64,000 nt of DNA from Ilumatobacteraceae bacterium (GCA_963718705.1 OY970375.1:3461701-3525700); one strand, 5' to 3'; shown: positions 40,201 through 51,415, counted from the stretch's first letter. Numbers and translations are program-made. Notes: generated by a model from the letters alone, not told the origin.

Positions 40201-43200
40201 GCATGTGACCGACGAGTTCGGCGCGCCGCTCCACAACGCGGTGGTCAAACTGCTGCTGCCTGGGACTAGCGAGGTGGTGGCTCAGTCGCTGAGTGAGCCC
40301 GACGGCTTCTACACCGTGATCGTCGCCGAGGGTCAGTACGACGTGTTCGTCGTCGGGCCGGCGGGAAGCGCTCTGGGCGCGTACCTCCCGAACCGATCGC
40401 TGCTCGGGGCTGCGACGCTCGACATCGCTCTCAGCGGGTTCGGGAACAGCGTGGTGGTGGCGGGTGTGGTGAGTGTTCCTGCTGGTTGGAACGGCTCGGT
40501 CCGCGTGCAATGCGGCACAGCACAAGGCACCAGCATCGTGCAACCCGACGGCTCCTACCTGGTCAGCTTCGAAGCCGTCAACCCCACCACCTGCAGTTGG
40601 GAACAGACCGGCAACAACTACTCGGCCGGCATGCAGTTCTTCAACCTCAGTCGAACGATCAACGTCACCACCGGCATCCCCACCATCATCAACGGCCCCA
40701 CCTACACACCGTTCCCGATCTCGGTCGTCAACGGCGACGGATCACCCGCCGCAACCACCCGACTGCAAATCAACCAATACGAGTACCCATACACCCCAGG
40801 ATCACCCGGCGTGCAGTTCCCCGACGGCACCATCGGCAGCCTCAACCTCAACTACGAGACCTACAACACCTCCACCACGATCGTCCCGCTGTTCGCCACC
40901 CGCACCCTCCAAGTCAGCGCCACGCTCGCCAACGGCATCACCATCAACAACTCCAACAACACCAACATCACCGGACTCACCGAACTCGTGATCGTCGCCC
41001 CGGCCTCCGCGACCGTGGTGGTGTCGGGTGTGGTGAGTGTTCCTGCTGGTTGGAACGGCTCGGTCCGCGTGCAATGCGGCACAGCACAAGGCACCAGCAT
41101 CGTGCAACCCGACGGCTCCTACCTGGTCAGCTTCGAAGCCGTCAACCCCACCACCTGCAGTTGGGAACAGACCGGCAACAACTACTCGGCCGGCATGCAG
41201 TTCTTCAACCTCAGTCGAACGATCAACGTCACCACCGGCATCCCCACCATCATCAACGGCCCCACCTACACACCGTTCCCGATCTCGGTCGTCAACGGCG
41301 ACGGATCACCCGCCGCAACCACCCGACTGCAAATCAACCAATACGAGTACCCATACACCCCAGGATCACCCGGCGTGCAGTTCCCCGACGGCACCATCGG
41401 CAGCCTCAACCTCAACTACGAGACCTACAACACCTCCACCACGATCGTCCCGCTGTTCGCCACCCGCACCCTCCAAGTCAGCGCCACGCTCGCCAACGGC
41501 ATCACCATCAACAACTCCAACAACACCAACATCACCGGACTCACCGAACTCGTGATCGTCGCCCCGGCCTCCGCGACCGTGGTGGTGTCGGGTGTGGTGA
41601 GTGTTCCTGCTGGTTGGAACGGCTCGGTCCGCGTGCAATGCGGCACAGCACAAGGCACCAGCATCGTGCAACCCGACGGCTCCTACCTGGTCAGCTTCGA
41701 AGCCGTCAACCCCACCACCTGCAGTTGGGAACAGACCGGCAACAACTACTCGGCCGGCATGCAGTTCTTCAACCTCAGTCGAACGATCAACGTCACCACC
41801 GGCATCCCCACCATCATCAACGGCCCCACCTACACACCGTTCCCGATCTCGGTCGTCAACGGCGACGGATCACCCGCCGCAACCACCCGACTGCAAATCA
41901 ACCAATACGAGTACCCATACACCCCAGGATCACCCGGCGTGCAGTTCCCCGACGGCACCATCGGCAGCCTCAACCTCAACTACGAGACCTACAACACCTC
42001 CACCACGATCGTCCCGCTGTTCGCCACCCGCACCCTCCAAGTCAGCGCCACGCTCGCCAACGGCATCACCATCAACAACTCCAACAACACCAACATCACC
42101 GGACTCACCGGGTTGTCGCTCTGGCTGATCGGCGCCGGTGAGTGGCGCGACTACGCGTTCGGCCAGTCGAGTGACGCCGACGGGGTGGATGACCTGGTCG
42201 AGGCATTCGCGCCCAACGGTGGCGATGGAAACCGCGACAACATCCCCGACTACCACCAAGCGAACGTCTCGTCGCTCCCGTCGTCCGAGGGCAACTACGT
42301 CACGTTCTCCGCACCCGTGGGGACCACCTTCGGAAACGTGCGCTCGATCGACCCCGCCACACTGGCCGTGCAGCCCGACCCCGGATACTCGCTGCCCGAA
42401 GGCTTGACCGACTTCCGGCTCGACGACATCGCGCTGATCGTCGATGAGTTCGACGTCCCGGTTCCCCAGGACGTCCTGATCTCGATCTACGCGGCGGACC
42501 TCACTGGCGTCATCGGGTACGCCAAGTTCCAGGACGAAGCGTGGACCTACCTGCCGACAGGCCGTGTGGTCATCACTCGAGATGGTGGTGTGGGACCCGG
42601 CGGGCACGTGACGATCCGGCTGACCGACGGTGGAATCGGCGATGACGACGGCGTCGTGAACGGGCAGATCGTGGACCCGGGCGGCCTGGTTCGGTTCCAG
42701 AACTCGCCACCTCAGGTCGTCCTGGGCACCCAGGGTGCGGTCGCCGAAGGGTCGCCGCAAGCGGTCGCCCTCACGATCACCGATCCAAACGGCGACGCCG
42801 TCTCGCACACGTTCGAGCTCGGAGCACCGAACGGCGACGCCGGCATGCAGTGCATTGTCGGAGGAACCGAGACGGCGCCGACCGTGCTCTGCGACGACGA
42901 CGGGCAGGTCGACCTCACCGTCCATGCGATCGACTTCCGTGGTGATACCGCTTCGGCGACCGTGACCTTGACGTTCTCCAACGTCGCTCCCGCGGTGTCG
43001 TTCGTGGTGCCGAGTTCGGTCGGGTCCGCAACCGCCGCCGTGGCTGCGGTGTCGACGACCGATGCCGGGTCAAACGACACCGTCAGCTGTGTCGTCGATT
43101 GGGGCGACGGCACCACGAGTGGCGGCTGCTCGACGGCGACGCACATCTACTCGCCCACCTCGACCACGACGTACCACCCATCCATCACGGCGACCGACGA

Positions 43201-43600
43201 CGACGGAGCGAGCACCACGTCCTCAGCGACGATCACCGTGATCGCTGCGCCGCTGTATCACTTCGGGGGGTTCCTGCAGCCGGTCGACCCCGTTCCGACG
43301 GTCAACGCCGTCAAGGCCGGGAGCGCTGTTCCGGTCAAGTTCTCGCTGGGTGGCGACTTCGGACTCAACGTGCTGACACCCGGGTACCCGACCACGGTTC
43401 GACACGCCTGCAACTCAGCAGTCGTCGACAGTATCGAGTCGACGGTTTCGACGAACGGGCCGGTGTTGACGTACAACTCCACCAGCGGGCTCTACCAGTT
43501 GACGTGGAAGACGGACAAGGCGTGGACCGGGGAGTGCCGAACCCTGATCATCAAGTTCCAGGACGGTTCGGTTGCCACAGCGGAGTTCAAGTTCAAGTGA
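37239..43600 (+). CDS. giant secreted surface/adhesin-like protein (about 2120 aa): Sec signal, at least 5 carboxypeptidase-regulatory-like (prealbumin fold) repeats alternating with a second repeat type, 3 identical 188-aa tandem repeats, an Asp-rich segment, then a PKD-like domain; start-codon frame problem
   Basis: RBS aaggggatcacacc-ATG at 37239 gives MSKPRAPW… but is +1 relative to the long frame (…ALGYLLFLTAGTLLTSSPVLHAAGP). Repeats of the form ITGxVxDxxxGAPLxGxxV…DxxGxYxxD. PKD signature VDWGDGTT…THIY. Confidence 0.75.
40447..42110. repeat. three near-perfect tandem copies of a 564-bp (188-aa) coding repeat inside the giant adhesin gene
   Basis: ORFs 40473-40991 and 41037-41555 translate to identical 172-aa strings. 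The shadow-frame motif WLERLGPRAMRHSTRHQH recurs every 188 aa. Unit 1 differs by gcgggtgtg versus tcgggtgtg at its start. Confidence 0.85.
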
Positions 43601-43604
43601 CGCG

Positions 43605-44462
43605 CTAGGCGTCGGCGGCGAACTGGTCTGACATCGCTTCGGCGCAGGTATCCGGGTTGTCCGATGACCACTGGTTGACTGCGTCGACCGGGCTTGCCTG
43701 GCCACCGGACTTCCAGTCGTCGAGGTAGCGGTACGGCCACACCACGCCACGCCGCACGGACCACTCCTTGCCGGGGCACGGCGGCGAGATCGCGAAGTGC
43801 ACGTGACATGCGCCGGCTCGCCCGGTCATCCCCATCGTTCCGAGGTACCGACCCGACTCGATGTGGTCGCCGGGTTGGAGCGGTTCGGTGATCGAGTCGA
43901 AATGGGCCAGGTAGTAGCGCACGCCGTCGTCGCCGAGGATCGTCAACGACTTGCCGCCGCGCAGCGCTGGGTTGTCGGTCGCTGCGTCGTACAGGTTCTC
44001 CCTGCGCACCTCGAGCATCGTGCCGTCGACCGGCGACACGATGTCGGCACCACACCCCACGAAAATGTCGGTGGCGGGGTAGTCGTGGTGCTCCGGGCTC
44101 CACCCGGCCGCTGCGACATCGGCGACCGGAATGCGATAGGGCGTCTCGCCGGGCGACGGTGGCGCAGTCGCCACGGTCGTGGCCGGCGGTGTGGCTGGGA
44201 GCTCGGTAGTCGGAGCGGTGGCGGGCTGCGTCGGCGGGGCGGTCTGCAGCGGCACCGTGGCCGGTGTGGACTGCGTGGTCGTGGGTTCCGTGGAGATCGG
44301 CACCGTCGTCGGCGCGGGCAGCGTCACGCTTGCCGTCGAGGGCACGTCCGACGGCAGCGCCGACTCCGATTCGGCCGGCCGGGTGCACCCTGTGGCGAGC
44401 AGCGCTACTGCACTCACGATGATCAGCGGACGGCGCACGGCGTCAGCTTCGCGCTCGCCCAT
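43605..44462 (-). CDS. M23-family (LytM) peptidoglycan endopeptidase lipoprotein with Thr/Pro-rich linker
   Basis: Lipobox VALLATGCT. M23 motifs HHDYPATDIF…LTILGDDGVRYYLAHF…GRAGACHVHFAI. Confidence 0.85.
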   Translation of the reverse strand: MGEREADAVRRPLIIVSAVALLATGCTRPAESESALPSDVPSTASVTLPAPTTVPISTEPTTTQSTPATVPLQTAPPTQPATAPTTELPATPPATTVATAPPSPGETPYRIPVADVAAAGWSPEHHDYPATDIFVGCGADIVSPVDGTMLEVRRENLYDAATDNPALRGGKSLTILGDDGVRYYLAHFDSITEPLQPGDHIESGRYLGTMGMTGRAGACHVHFAISPPCPGKEWSVRRGVVWPYRYLDDWKSGGQASPVDAVNQWSSDNPDTCAEAMSDQFAADA

Positions 44463-44474
44463 GCGGGCGGCCGG

Positions 44475-44936
44475 TCACCCGGAGCCGTCAACATCGACGG
44501 ATCCGGCGAGTGCCCGCGCCGAACCGGCGAGGCCGGACAGTTGCTCGTCGTCGAGCATCACAGCGAACCTGGTTTGCACGCTGCGCCGGTAGCTGACGTT
44601 CATCTCGCGCCACAGCGTTCTGCCGCGTTTGGTCAGCTCGATCTCGACCGCCCGCCGGTCTTCCGGGTCGACGTCGCGGTGGCGGCGGACCCAGCCCTCC
44701 TCTTCCAGCCGGTCGAGGCGGCGACTCAGGCTCGACGCCGGGATCCGCATCACGGTGGCGACGTCCTGGGGCCGGGCGCGTCCGTCCAGCTGGCGCAGCG
44801 TGGCGAGCACGTCGAACCAGCCGAGTGGGACCGCCCACTCGGCACGCAGGTCTTCGTCGATCCGGCGTTCGATCTCGGCGGCGAGCGTCTGGAAGTCACG
44901 CCATGCCTGGACCCGCTGGGCGTCGAGACGCGCCAT
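44475..44936 (-). CDS. MarR-family transcriptional regulator
   Basis: wHTH core …ATVMRIPASSLSRRLDRLEEEGWVRR…DRRAVEIELTKRG. Confidence 0.8.
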   Translation of the reverse strand: MARLDAQRVQAWRDFQTLAAEIERRIDEDLRAEWAVPLGWFDVLATLRQLDGRARPQDVATVMRIPASSLSRRLDRLEEEGWVRRHRDVDPEDRRAVEIELTKRGRTLWREMNVSYRRSVQTRFAVMLDDEQLSGLAGSARALAGSVDVDGSG

Positions 44937-44954
44937 CGATCAGTCCAAACCGAC

Positions 44955-44998
44955 GACCACACGTTCAACTTGTGTCTGACACAACTTGAACGTGGTCA
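44955..44998. repeat. palindrome copy b: gaccacacgttcaacttgtgtc-t-gacacaacttgaacgtggtc (22-bp arms, one arm mismatch caact/caagt)
   Basis: Read directly. It abuts the stop codon of the aminotransferase gene and lies 19 bp upstream of the MarR start. Confidence 0.9.
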
Positions 44999-46225
44999 CG
45001 CGGTGGCCTTGAGGGCGTTTGTGAACGCTTGCACGGCTTCGTCGATCTCGTCGGCGGTGACGACCAACGGCGGCATCCAACGGATCACGTTGCCGTAGGT
45101 GCCGGCGTTCATGAGGATCACGCGGCCCTCGCGCAGGCAGTGCTGGATCACTGGCGCCACCCGGGTCGGCTCGGAGAAGCTGGTTCCCACCATGAGGCCG
45201 GGGCCGCGCACCTGGCGGATCACCGGGAACGAGTCCTGTAAGCCGCGGATGGCGTCGCTGAGCTGCGCGCCACGGGCATTGATGTTCTCGAAGAAACCGG
45301 GCTGCTGCATCACGTCGATCGTGGCCAGCGCCGCCGCGCATCCCATCGAGTTGCCGCCGTACGTGCCGCCGTGGCTGCCCTTCGGCCAAAGGTCGTCGAG
45401 CTGGCGCCGCGTGCCGAGCGCCGCGAACGGGAATCCGGAGGCGATCCCCTTGGCCATGCAGATGATGTCGGGCCGAACGTCGTAGCGATCGATCGCGAAC
45501 CACGAACCGGTGCGCCCGAAACCGCTCTGGACCTCGTCGGCGATGAACAGGATCCCGTGCTCGCGACAGCGCTTGGCGACACCTTCCAGGAAGGCCGCCG
45601 GCACCGGCACGTATCCGCCTTCGCCGAGCACCGGCTCGATGATCACCGCTGCCGTCTCCGACGGGGCGGTCTCGGCCAGCAGCAGCCGGTCGAACCCGCG
45701 CAGGGCGGCGTTGACGGCAGCCTCTTGGTCCGACGCCAGTGGATCGGGGAACGGCGACACGTACACGCCGCCGGGCAGCGGAGCATGGCCGGCGCGGTAG
45801 CCGGTCTTGGACGTGGTCATCGCCATCGCCATGTGCGTGCGACCGTGGAACGAGCCCTGGAACACGATGATGTTGGGCCGCTTGGTGGCCTGCTTGGCCA
45901 GCTTGACGGCGGCTTCGGTGATCTCGGCACCGGAGTTGGCGAAGAAGAACGTGTCGATCCCGTCCGGCGTGATCTCGTTCAGCTTCTCGGCGAGCGGCTC
46001 CGCCAGGTCGTGTGTGAACACGTTGATCTGGGCGTGGATGAAGCGCTCGGCCTGGGCGGCGATCGCAGCGGCGATCGCCGGGTGGGCATGCCCGGTCGAG
46101 TTGACGGCGATCCCGGCGGTGAAGTCGAGGTACTCCACGCCGTCGGTGGTGGTGACCCTGCACCCCTTGCCGTGCGAGACCTGCAGGTCAGTGACCTTGA
46201 ACCAGACGTTCGACAGATGTGACAT
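44996..46225 (-). CDS. gabT: class-III pyridoxal-phosphate aminotransferase (4-aminobutyrate aminotransferase-like)
   Basis: …GHAHP…FIADEVQSGFGRTG…MAKGIASGFP (PLP-binding Lys). Confidence 0.88.
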   Translation of the reverse strand: MSHLSNVWFKVTDLQVSHGKGCRVTTTDGVEYLDFTAGIAVNSTGHAHPAIAAAIAAQAERFIHAQINVFTHDLAEPLAEKLNEITPDGIDTFFFANSGAEITEAAVKLAKQATKRPNIIVFQGSFHGRTHMAMAMTTSKTGYRAGHAPLPGGVYVSPFPDPLASDQEAAVNAALRGFDRLLLAETAPSETAAVIIEPVLGEGGYVPVPAAFLEGVAKRCREHGILFIADEVQSGFGRTGSWFAIDRYDVRPDIICMAKGIASGFPFAALGTRRQLDDLWPKGSHGGTYGGNSMGCAAALATIDVMQQPGFFENINARGAQLSDAIRGLQDSFPVIRQVRGPGLMVGTSFSEPTRVAPVIQHCLREGRVILMNAGTYGNVIRWMPPLVVTADEIDEAVQAFTNALKATA

Positions 46226-46316
46226 GGGGCGAGCCTATTCGCGCCGGCCGGCAGCGCCGGACAAGCCGCTGCAGGTCCCGTGCGCAACGTCAGGATTCGG
46301 TGAACTTGATCAAGCC

Positions 46317-49300
46317 TTGAGAGAAGGTCTCGCCCGCCGGCGCCGATCAAGATCCGTGAGAACAGCGTTGTTGGGTGCCGCCGCGTGCGTGCTGACGGCC
46401 GGCGTGATCGCCATCCCCGGTGGATTCGACCTGGCAGGCGCGAGCGACGGGCCCGACATCGTGATCTCCGAGGTCATGATCGACTCACTCGACGTGTACG
46501 ACTCACGCGGCGAGTGGATCGAGTTGACCAACCGCGGCGACGAGACCGGCAAGGTGGCGGGCTGGAAACTGAGCGACGGGCGAACCGAGAACGTGACGCT
46601 CCCCAACCTGTCGATCGCACCCGGTGAGCAGGTCGTGCTGGCCCGGCTCGGTGACCCGTTCGCGAACGGTGGTGCCACCGCCGACTGGGTGTACGGCAAC
46701 GCGATCGTGCTCGACAACGTGTCGGACCGCCTGATCCTCACCGACGACCACGGTACCGAACACGGCCGCGTGGACTGGTACCCGGGCACCGGGATCAAGG
46801 CGCCGATCGGTCGATCGCTGGCGCTCCGTGACGTGCACGGCAACATCGGTGACCCCGCCAGTTGGTGTGCCGAGACGACCGTGATGGTGCGCGGCGACCT
46901 CGGGAGCCCTGGCACCGCCAACAACTGTTCGGCGCCCGCCGAGCCGCTGGTGATCACCGAGGTGATGCAGAACCCGCGCCGCGTCGGCGACTCGACCGGC
47001 GAATGGTTCGAGCTCTACAACCCGGGCGACCTGCCGATCGACATCGCCGGCTGGACCATCAAGGACGACGACCGTGACCGCTTCGTGGTGCCGTCCTCGG
47101 TGATCGTGCCGGCAGGCGGTTACGCAGTGCTCGGCAACAGCGCGATCGCCAACGGCGACGTGCCGCTCGACTACGTGTACGGCGTTTCGATGGCGCTCCA
47201 GAACGACTGGGACGAACTCGCCATCGCCGACGAGGCCGGCACCCTGGTGGACCGCCTGGCGTGGGACAACGGCCGAAGCTTCCCCGACCCCGACGGCGCC
47301 TCGATGTCGCTGACCGACCCGTTGGTGGACAACGCCACGGGTGCTGCGTGGTGCACCGCCAGCACGTCGTGGGCGATCGGCGACCGCGGTACACCGCACG
47401 CCGGCTCCTGGTGCACGCCTCCCGGCGCCACTCCGATCGTGATCACCGAGGTCATGTTCGACCCGGAGATCCCGTCCTCGGAGCGCGCCTCGGAATGGTT
47501 CGAAGTCGCCAACCTCGGCACCGCCCCGATCGACATGACGGGCTGGACGATCACGGCCGGTGACTCCAAGATGCACACGATCGACGGGCTCGTGGTCGCC
47601 CCCGGCGACCTGGCCGTGCTTGCCGCAAGTGGCGACCCCGTCGCCAGCGGAGGGGTCACCGCCGACTACGTGTACGGCACCAACCCAGATCTTCCGCTCT
47701 ACAACAAGAGCGGCCGCCTGATCCTGAAGACCACCGCCGGGGCGATCGTCGACCGCGTCGAGTGGAATGCCGCCAAGGGCTTCCCGATCCCCGTCGGGGC
47801 CTCGATCACACTCGGTTTCGCCACCGCCAACAACGAACTCGGCGCCAACTGGTGCATCGCCTCGGCCCGCTGGGGTGCCACCGACTTCGGGTCGCCCGGC
47901 CAGCTGAGCGGCTGCGAGCCGCCCCCTGCCGCCCCCGCCGTCGTGATCAGCGAAGTGCTGCGCAACCCGGCTGCCGTCGGCGACAGCAAGGGCGAATGGT
48001 TCGAACTCCACAACACCACTGCCGAACCGGTCGACATCCAGGGCTGGAGCCTGACCGACGGTACCTCCGACCGGCACGCGATCCGCGACTCGATCGTGAT
48101 CCCCGCCGGCGGCTACTTCGTGCTCGGCCGCAGCTCCGATACTGCGACCAACGGCGGTGCCCGCATCGACTACGTGTACGGCGACGGTTTCGTGCTCAGC
48201 AACGACACCGATCGGATCACCGTCCGCGATCGCTCCGACCAACTCGTCGACGACACCAGTTGGGTGCGCGGCGACGGCTCGCCGCGCCCGAACGGCGCAT
48301 CGATGGCTCGGACCGATGCCGGGTGGTGCGTGTCGGGTCCGCAGTTCGGCGCCGGTGACCTGGGCACGCCCGGGGCGGCCAACGACTGCACCCCGCTCCC
48401 CCACGTCGACGTCGTGGTCAGCGAGGTCCAACTCGACCCGACCACCGTGAGCGACACGGTCGGTGAGTGGATCGAGATCACCAACAACTCGGGGCAACCG
48501 GTCGACCTGGCGGGTTGGCGTCTGCGCGACGAGGACGCCGACGCCCACACGATCGGCTCATCGGTCGTCGTGCCGCCCGGCCGCTCGGTCGTGCTCGGGC
48601 GTGACAAGGCGGCCGCCCTGAACGGCGGTGTGCCGGTGAACTACAGCTACGGCTCGGCGTTCCCGCTCAACGACACCGACGACGAGATCGTGCTGCTCGA
48701 CACCCAGGGCGTGTGGGTCGACCGCATCACCTGGACCCCCGACCACCTGTTGCCGTACGCGGCGGGCGCATCGGCGTCGCTGCGCACCCTCGCCAGCGAC
48801 AACGCCGACCCGGCCAACTGGTGCACGTCGATCACGCCGTATGCAAGCGGCGCCGACCGCGGCACCCCCGGCGCCGCCAACCTGTGCGAGATCGCACCGG
48901 CCGCCACGACCACGACCACGATCGCCACCACGGTGCCGCCCACGACGTCCACCACGTCCACGACGAGCACCACCAGCACCACGACCCTGCCGACGACCAC
49001 CACATCGACGACCACATCGACCACCACCACCTCGACCACGACCAGCACGACGACGACCGTGCCGCCGGCGCCGCCGGTCCGGCCGGCCTCGGTCGGATTC
49101 GGGATCCTCGCCACCGGGCCCGCCAACTGCGGCAACGGGCTGATGCTCACGGCGTCCAACATGCGAGTCGCCGGCGGCGTGCGCTCCAACGGCAACGTCA
49201 CGATCCAGGGCAGCAGCATGGTGATCGACGGCACGATCTCGTACGCCGGTTCACCCAAGGTGGGGCAGGTCACCTCCGCTGGGCTCGTCAAGGACACCAA

Positions 49301-49746
49301 CCCAACGGTTCCCGGCTGGAACTGGACCGTCGCCGACTTCGCCCCCGGCACGCCGATGTCGACCCGGCCCGGATACGTCGCCCACCCGTCGAACTGGACA
49401 GCCGGCTCCGGCGTCACCCTCGGCATCCACTTCGTGGCCGGCAACGTCACGATCTCGGCCTCGCAGGTCGATCTGCGAGGCGTCACGATCGTCGCCACCG
49501 GCACGGTCACGATCTCGGGGTCGGGCGTCACGCTCTCGCCCGCGTCACTCGGATCTGCCGACCGTGCTGGCGGGCGGCGGTTCGTGCTGGAACTCGGCCA
49601 TCAACGTGAGCGGTTCGAACACCACCTGGAGCGGCGTGCTGATGGCACCCAATGGCGCCGCAGCAGTGAACGCCAGCAACGTGCGCGGCGGGTCGCTGAT
49701 CGCCCTGTCGATCCAGTCCAGCGGCAGCGACCTGCAGTTCAGCTGA
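46317..49746 (+). CDS. secreted protein with five tandem lamin-tail-domain (LTD) repeats, a Thr/Ser-rich linker and a C-terminal beta-rich domain; frameshift near 49560 (ORF track reads through to 49886 in the wrong frame)
   Basis: Five repeats of the form (V/I)ISEV(M/L)…G(E/D)W(I/F)EL(T/Y/H)N…(V/I)D(L/I)xGW(K/T/R/S)(L/I)xD…. Signal-like N-terminus RRRRSRSVRTALLGAAACVLTAGVIAIP. C-terminal continuation DLPTVLAGGGSCWNSAINVSGSNTTWSGVLMAPNG…SDLQFS in the +1 frame. Confidence 0.75.
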
Positions 49747-49756
49747 AGCGCGGCGG

Positions 49757-50956
49757 CTACAAGGCTGCGGCGTGGGCCCGGGCGGCCTGGACCGTGCCAC
49801 GTTCGAGCAGCAGGCTGCGGAACGACATCAACTGCTTGGCGGCGTTCATGCCGAGCACCCCGCGAAGTCGGTCACCACGCGAGTAGAGGGCCAGGAACTT
49901 GCGGTCCTCCACCGAGCCCCACACGACTTCGGCGTGGTCGTCGGCGCCGGCGCGACCGATGAACTGGATCCGGCGGTCGTACTGCTCGCTCCAGAAGAAC
50001 GGCACCGGCGCGTACGTCTCGGTGGGCTCGCCACGCGACTCGGCGAGCAGGTTGGCGGCGGCCAGCGCGCCCTGCTCGGCGGCGTTGGTCCAGTGCTCGA
50101 CGCGCATCTCCTCGTCGAACAGCTCGTTGTACCAGCGCACGATGTCGCCGGCGGCGTAGACGAGCGGGACCCCCACGTTGAGATCGGCGCCGCACACGAC
50201 GCCGTCTCGGACCTCCAGCCCGCTCCCTTCCAGCCAGTCGGTCACGGGCGTCACGCCGATCCCGACCACCACCACATCGGCCGCTTCGCGCCCACCGTCG
50301 ACGAGGACGACACCCGGTTCGAGCCCGTCGACCTTGACGCCGCAGCGCACCTCGACGCCGTGGTCGGCATGGATCGATGCGACGGCGCGACCCATCTCGG
50401 ACCCGAGACCACGGATCAGGGGCGCCGGCGCGCCTTCCAGCACGAGCACCTCGTTGCCGAGCTTGCGGGCCGTCGACGCCACCTCCAGGCCGATGAACCC
50501 GGCCCCGATCACCACCACCCGACGACCGCCGCCGGCGATCCGCCGGCGCAGGTCGAGCGCGTCGTCGAGCGAGCGCAGCACCACCACGTCGGGCAACTCC
50601 GCCTGACCCGGCAGCTGTCGCGCCGATGCACCGGTGGCGATGATCAGACCGTCGAAGTCGACCGAGCTGCCGTCGGCGAGACCGACGCGGCGCGCCTCGA
50701 GGTCGAGCCCCACGGCACGCTGCCCCAACCGCCACGTGACCTCGATCGAATCCATCTCGTCGGGATGGCGCAGGGCGATCCGATCGGGCTCCCATTCGCC
50801 GGAGAGCACACGCTTCGACAGCGGTGGACGGTCGTACGGATGATGCGGCTCGTCGCCGATGATCGTGACCCTCCCCTCGAAGCCGGCCGTCCGGAGCGAT
50901 TCGGCGGCGCGCAGACCCGCCAACGAGCCACCCACGATCACGATGTTGTCGAGCAT
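49757..50956 (-). CDS. FAD/NAD(P)-dependent oxidoreductase, ferredoxin/rubredoxin reductase family
   Basis: Two Rossmann GxGxxG motifs (IVIVGGSLAGL…; VVVIGAGFIGLEVA). Start assigned to the internal ATG (MLDNIVIVGG). Confidence 0.85.
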   Translation of the reverse strand: MLDNIVIVGGSLAGLRAAESLRTAGFEGRVTIIGDEPHHPYDRPPLSKRVLSGEWEPDRIALRHPDEMDSIEVTWRLGQRAVGLDLEARRVGLADGSSVDFDGLIIATGASARQLPGQAELPDVVVLRSLDDALDLRRRIAGGGRRVVVIGAGFIGLEVASTARKLGNEVLVLEGAPAPLIRGLGSEMGRAVASIHADHGVEVRCGVKVDGLEPGVVLVDGGREAADVVVVGIGVTPVTDWLEGSGLEVRDGVVCGADLNVGVPLVYAAGDIVRWYNELFDEEMRVEHWTNAAEQGALAAANLLAESRGEPTETYAPVPFFWSEQYDRRIQFIGRAGADDHAEVVWGSVEDRKFLALYSRGDRLRGVLGMNAAKQLMSFRSLLLERGTVQAARAHAAAL

Positions 50957-50995
50957 GCCTCGATTCGTAGCAGGCCCGGTCCCTACCGTGGCCAG

Positions 50996-51415
50996 ATGAG
51001 CCTGCCGTTCGGTATCGACGAGATCAACGAGATGGTTCGCATCCAGTTCCCCGGGGCGAACAACGAGTGCGTCGAGTTGGGGCCGGATTGGGTGGTGGCG
51101 GCGTGCCACGTCGCACCGTCTGCGATCCGGCCGGGTGGGTTCGTGTCGGGGCCGACACAGTTCGGCCTGGTCGACTGCGCCCTGTGGTTCGTCGCCTTCG
51201 TCGGTCTGGGCCGGATCGAGCCGATGGCGATGACGTCGGAGCTGTCGATCCGGTATCTGCGCCCGGCCCAGGGAGCGCGGCTGTTCTGTCGGGCCCGGCT
51301 GGAGTCGGTCAGCCGCCGCAGCGTGGTCGGCACCTGCCACGTGTGGTGCGACGACCGCACCGACAAGATCACCGCCACCGCCCAAGGCACCTACGCGATC
51401 CCGCTCCCACGCTGA
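50996..51415 (+). CDS. hotdog-fold (PaaI-type) thioesterase family protein
   Basis: 139 aa, divergent from the reductase gene, with a central hotdog-like hydrophobic core. Weak family assignment. Confidence 0.55.
   Translation: MSLPFGIDEINEMVRIQFPGANNECVELGPDWVVAACHVAPSAIRPGGFVSGPTQFGLVDCALWFVAFVGLGRIEPMAMTSELSIRYLRPAQGARLFCRARLESVSRRSVVGTCHVWCDDRTDKITATAQGTYAIPLPR

Noticed and set aside
48880-49080. Short-period nucleotide repeat (accacgacg/accacc units) in the LTD protein gene, considered as a CRISPR-like or VNTR array
   Set aside because: It is an in-frame Thr/Ser/Pro-rich linker (TTTTTIATTVPPTTSTTSTTSTT…) within a CDS. No spacer-repeat organisation and no cas genes are present.
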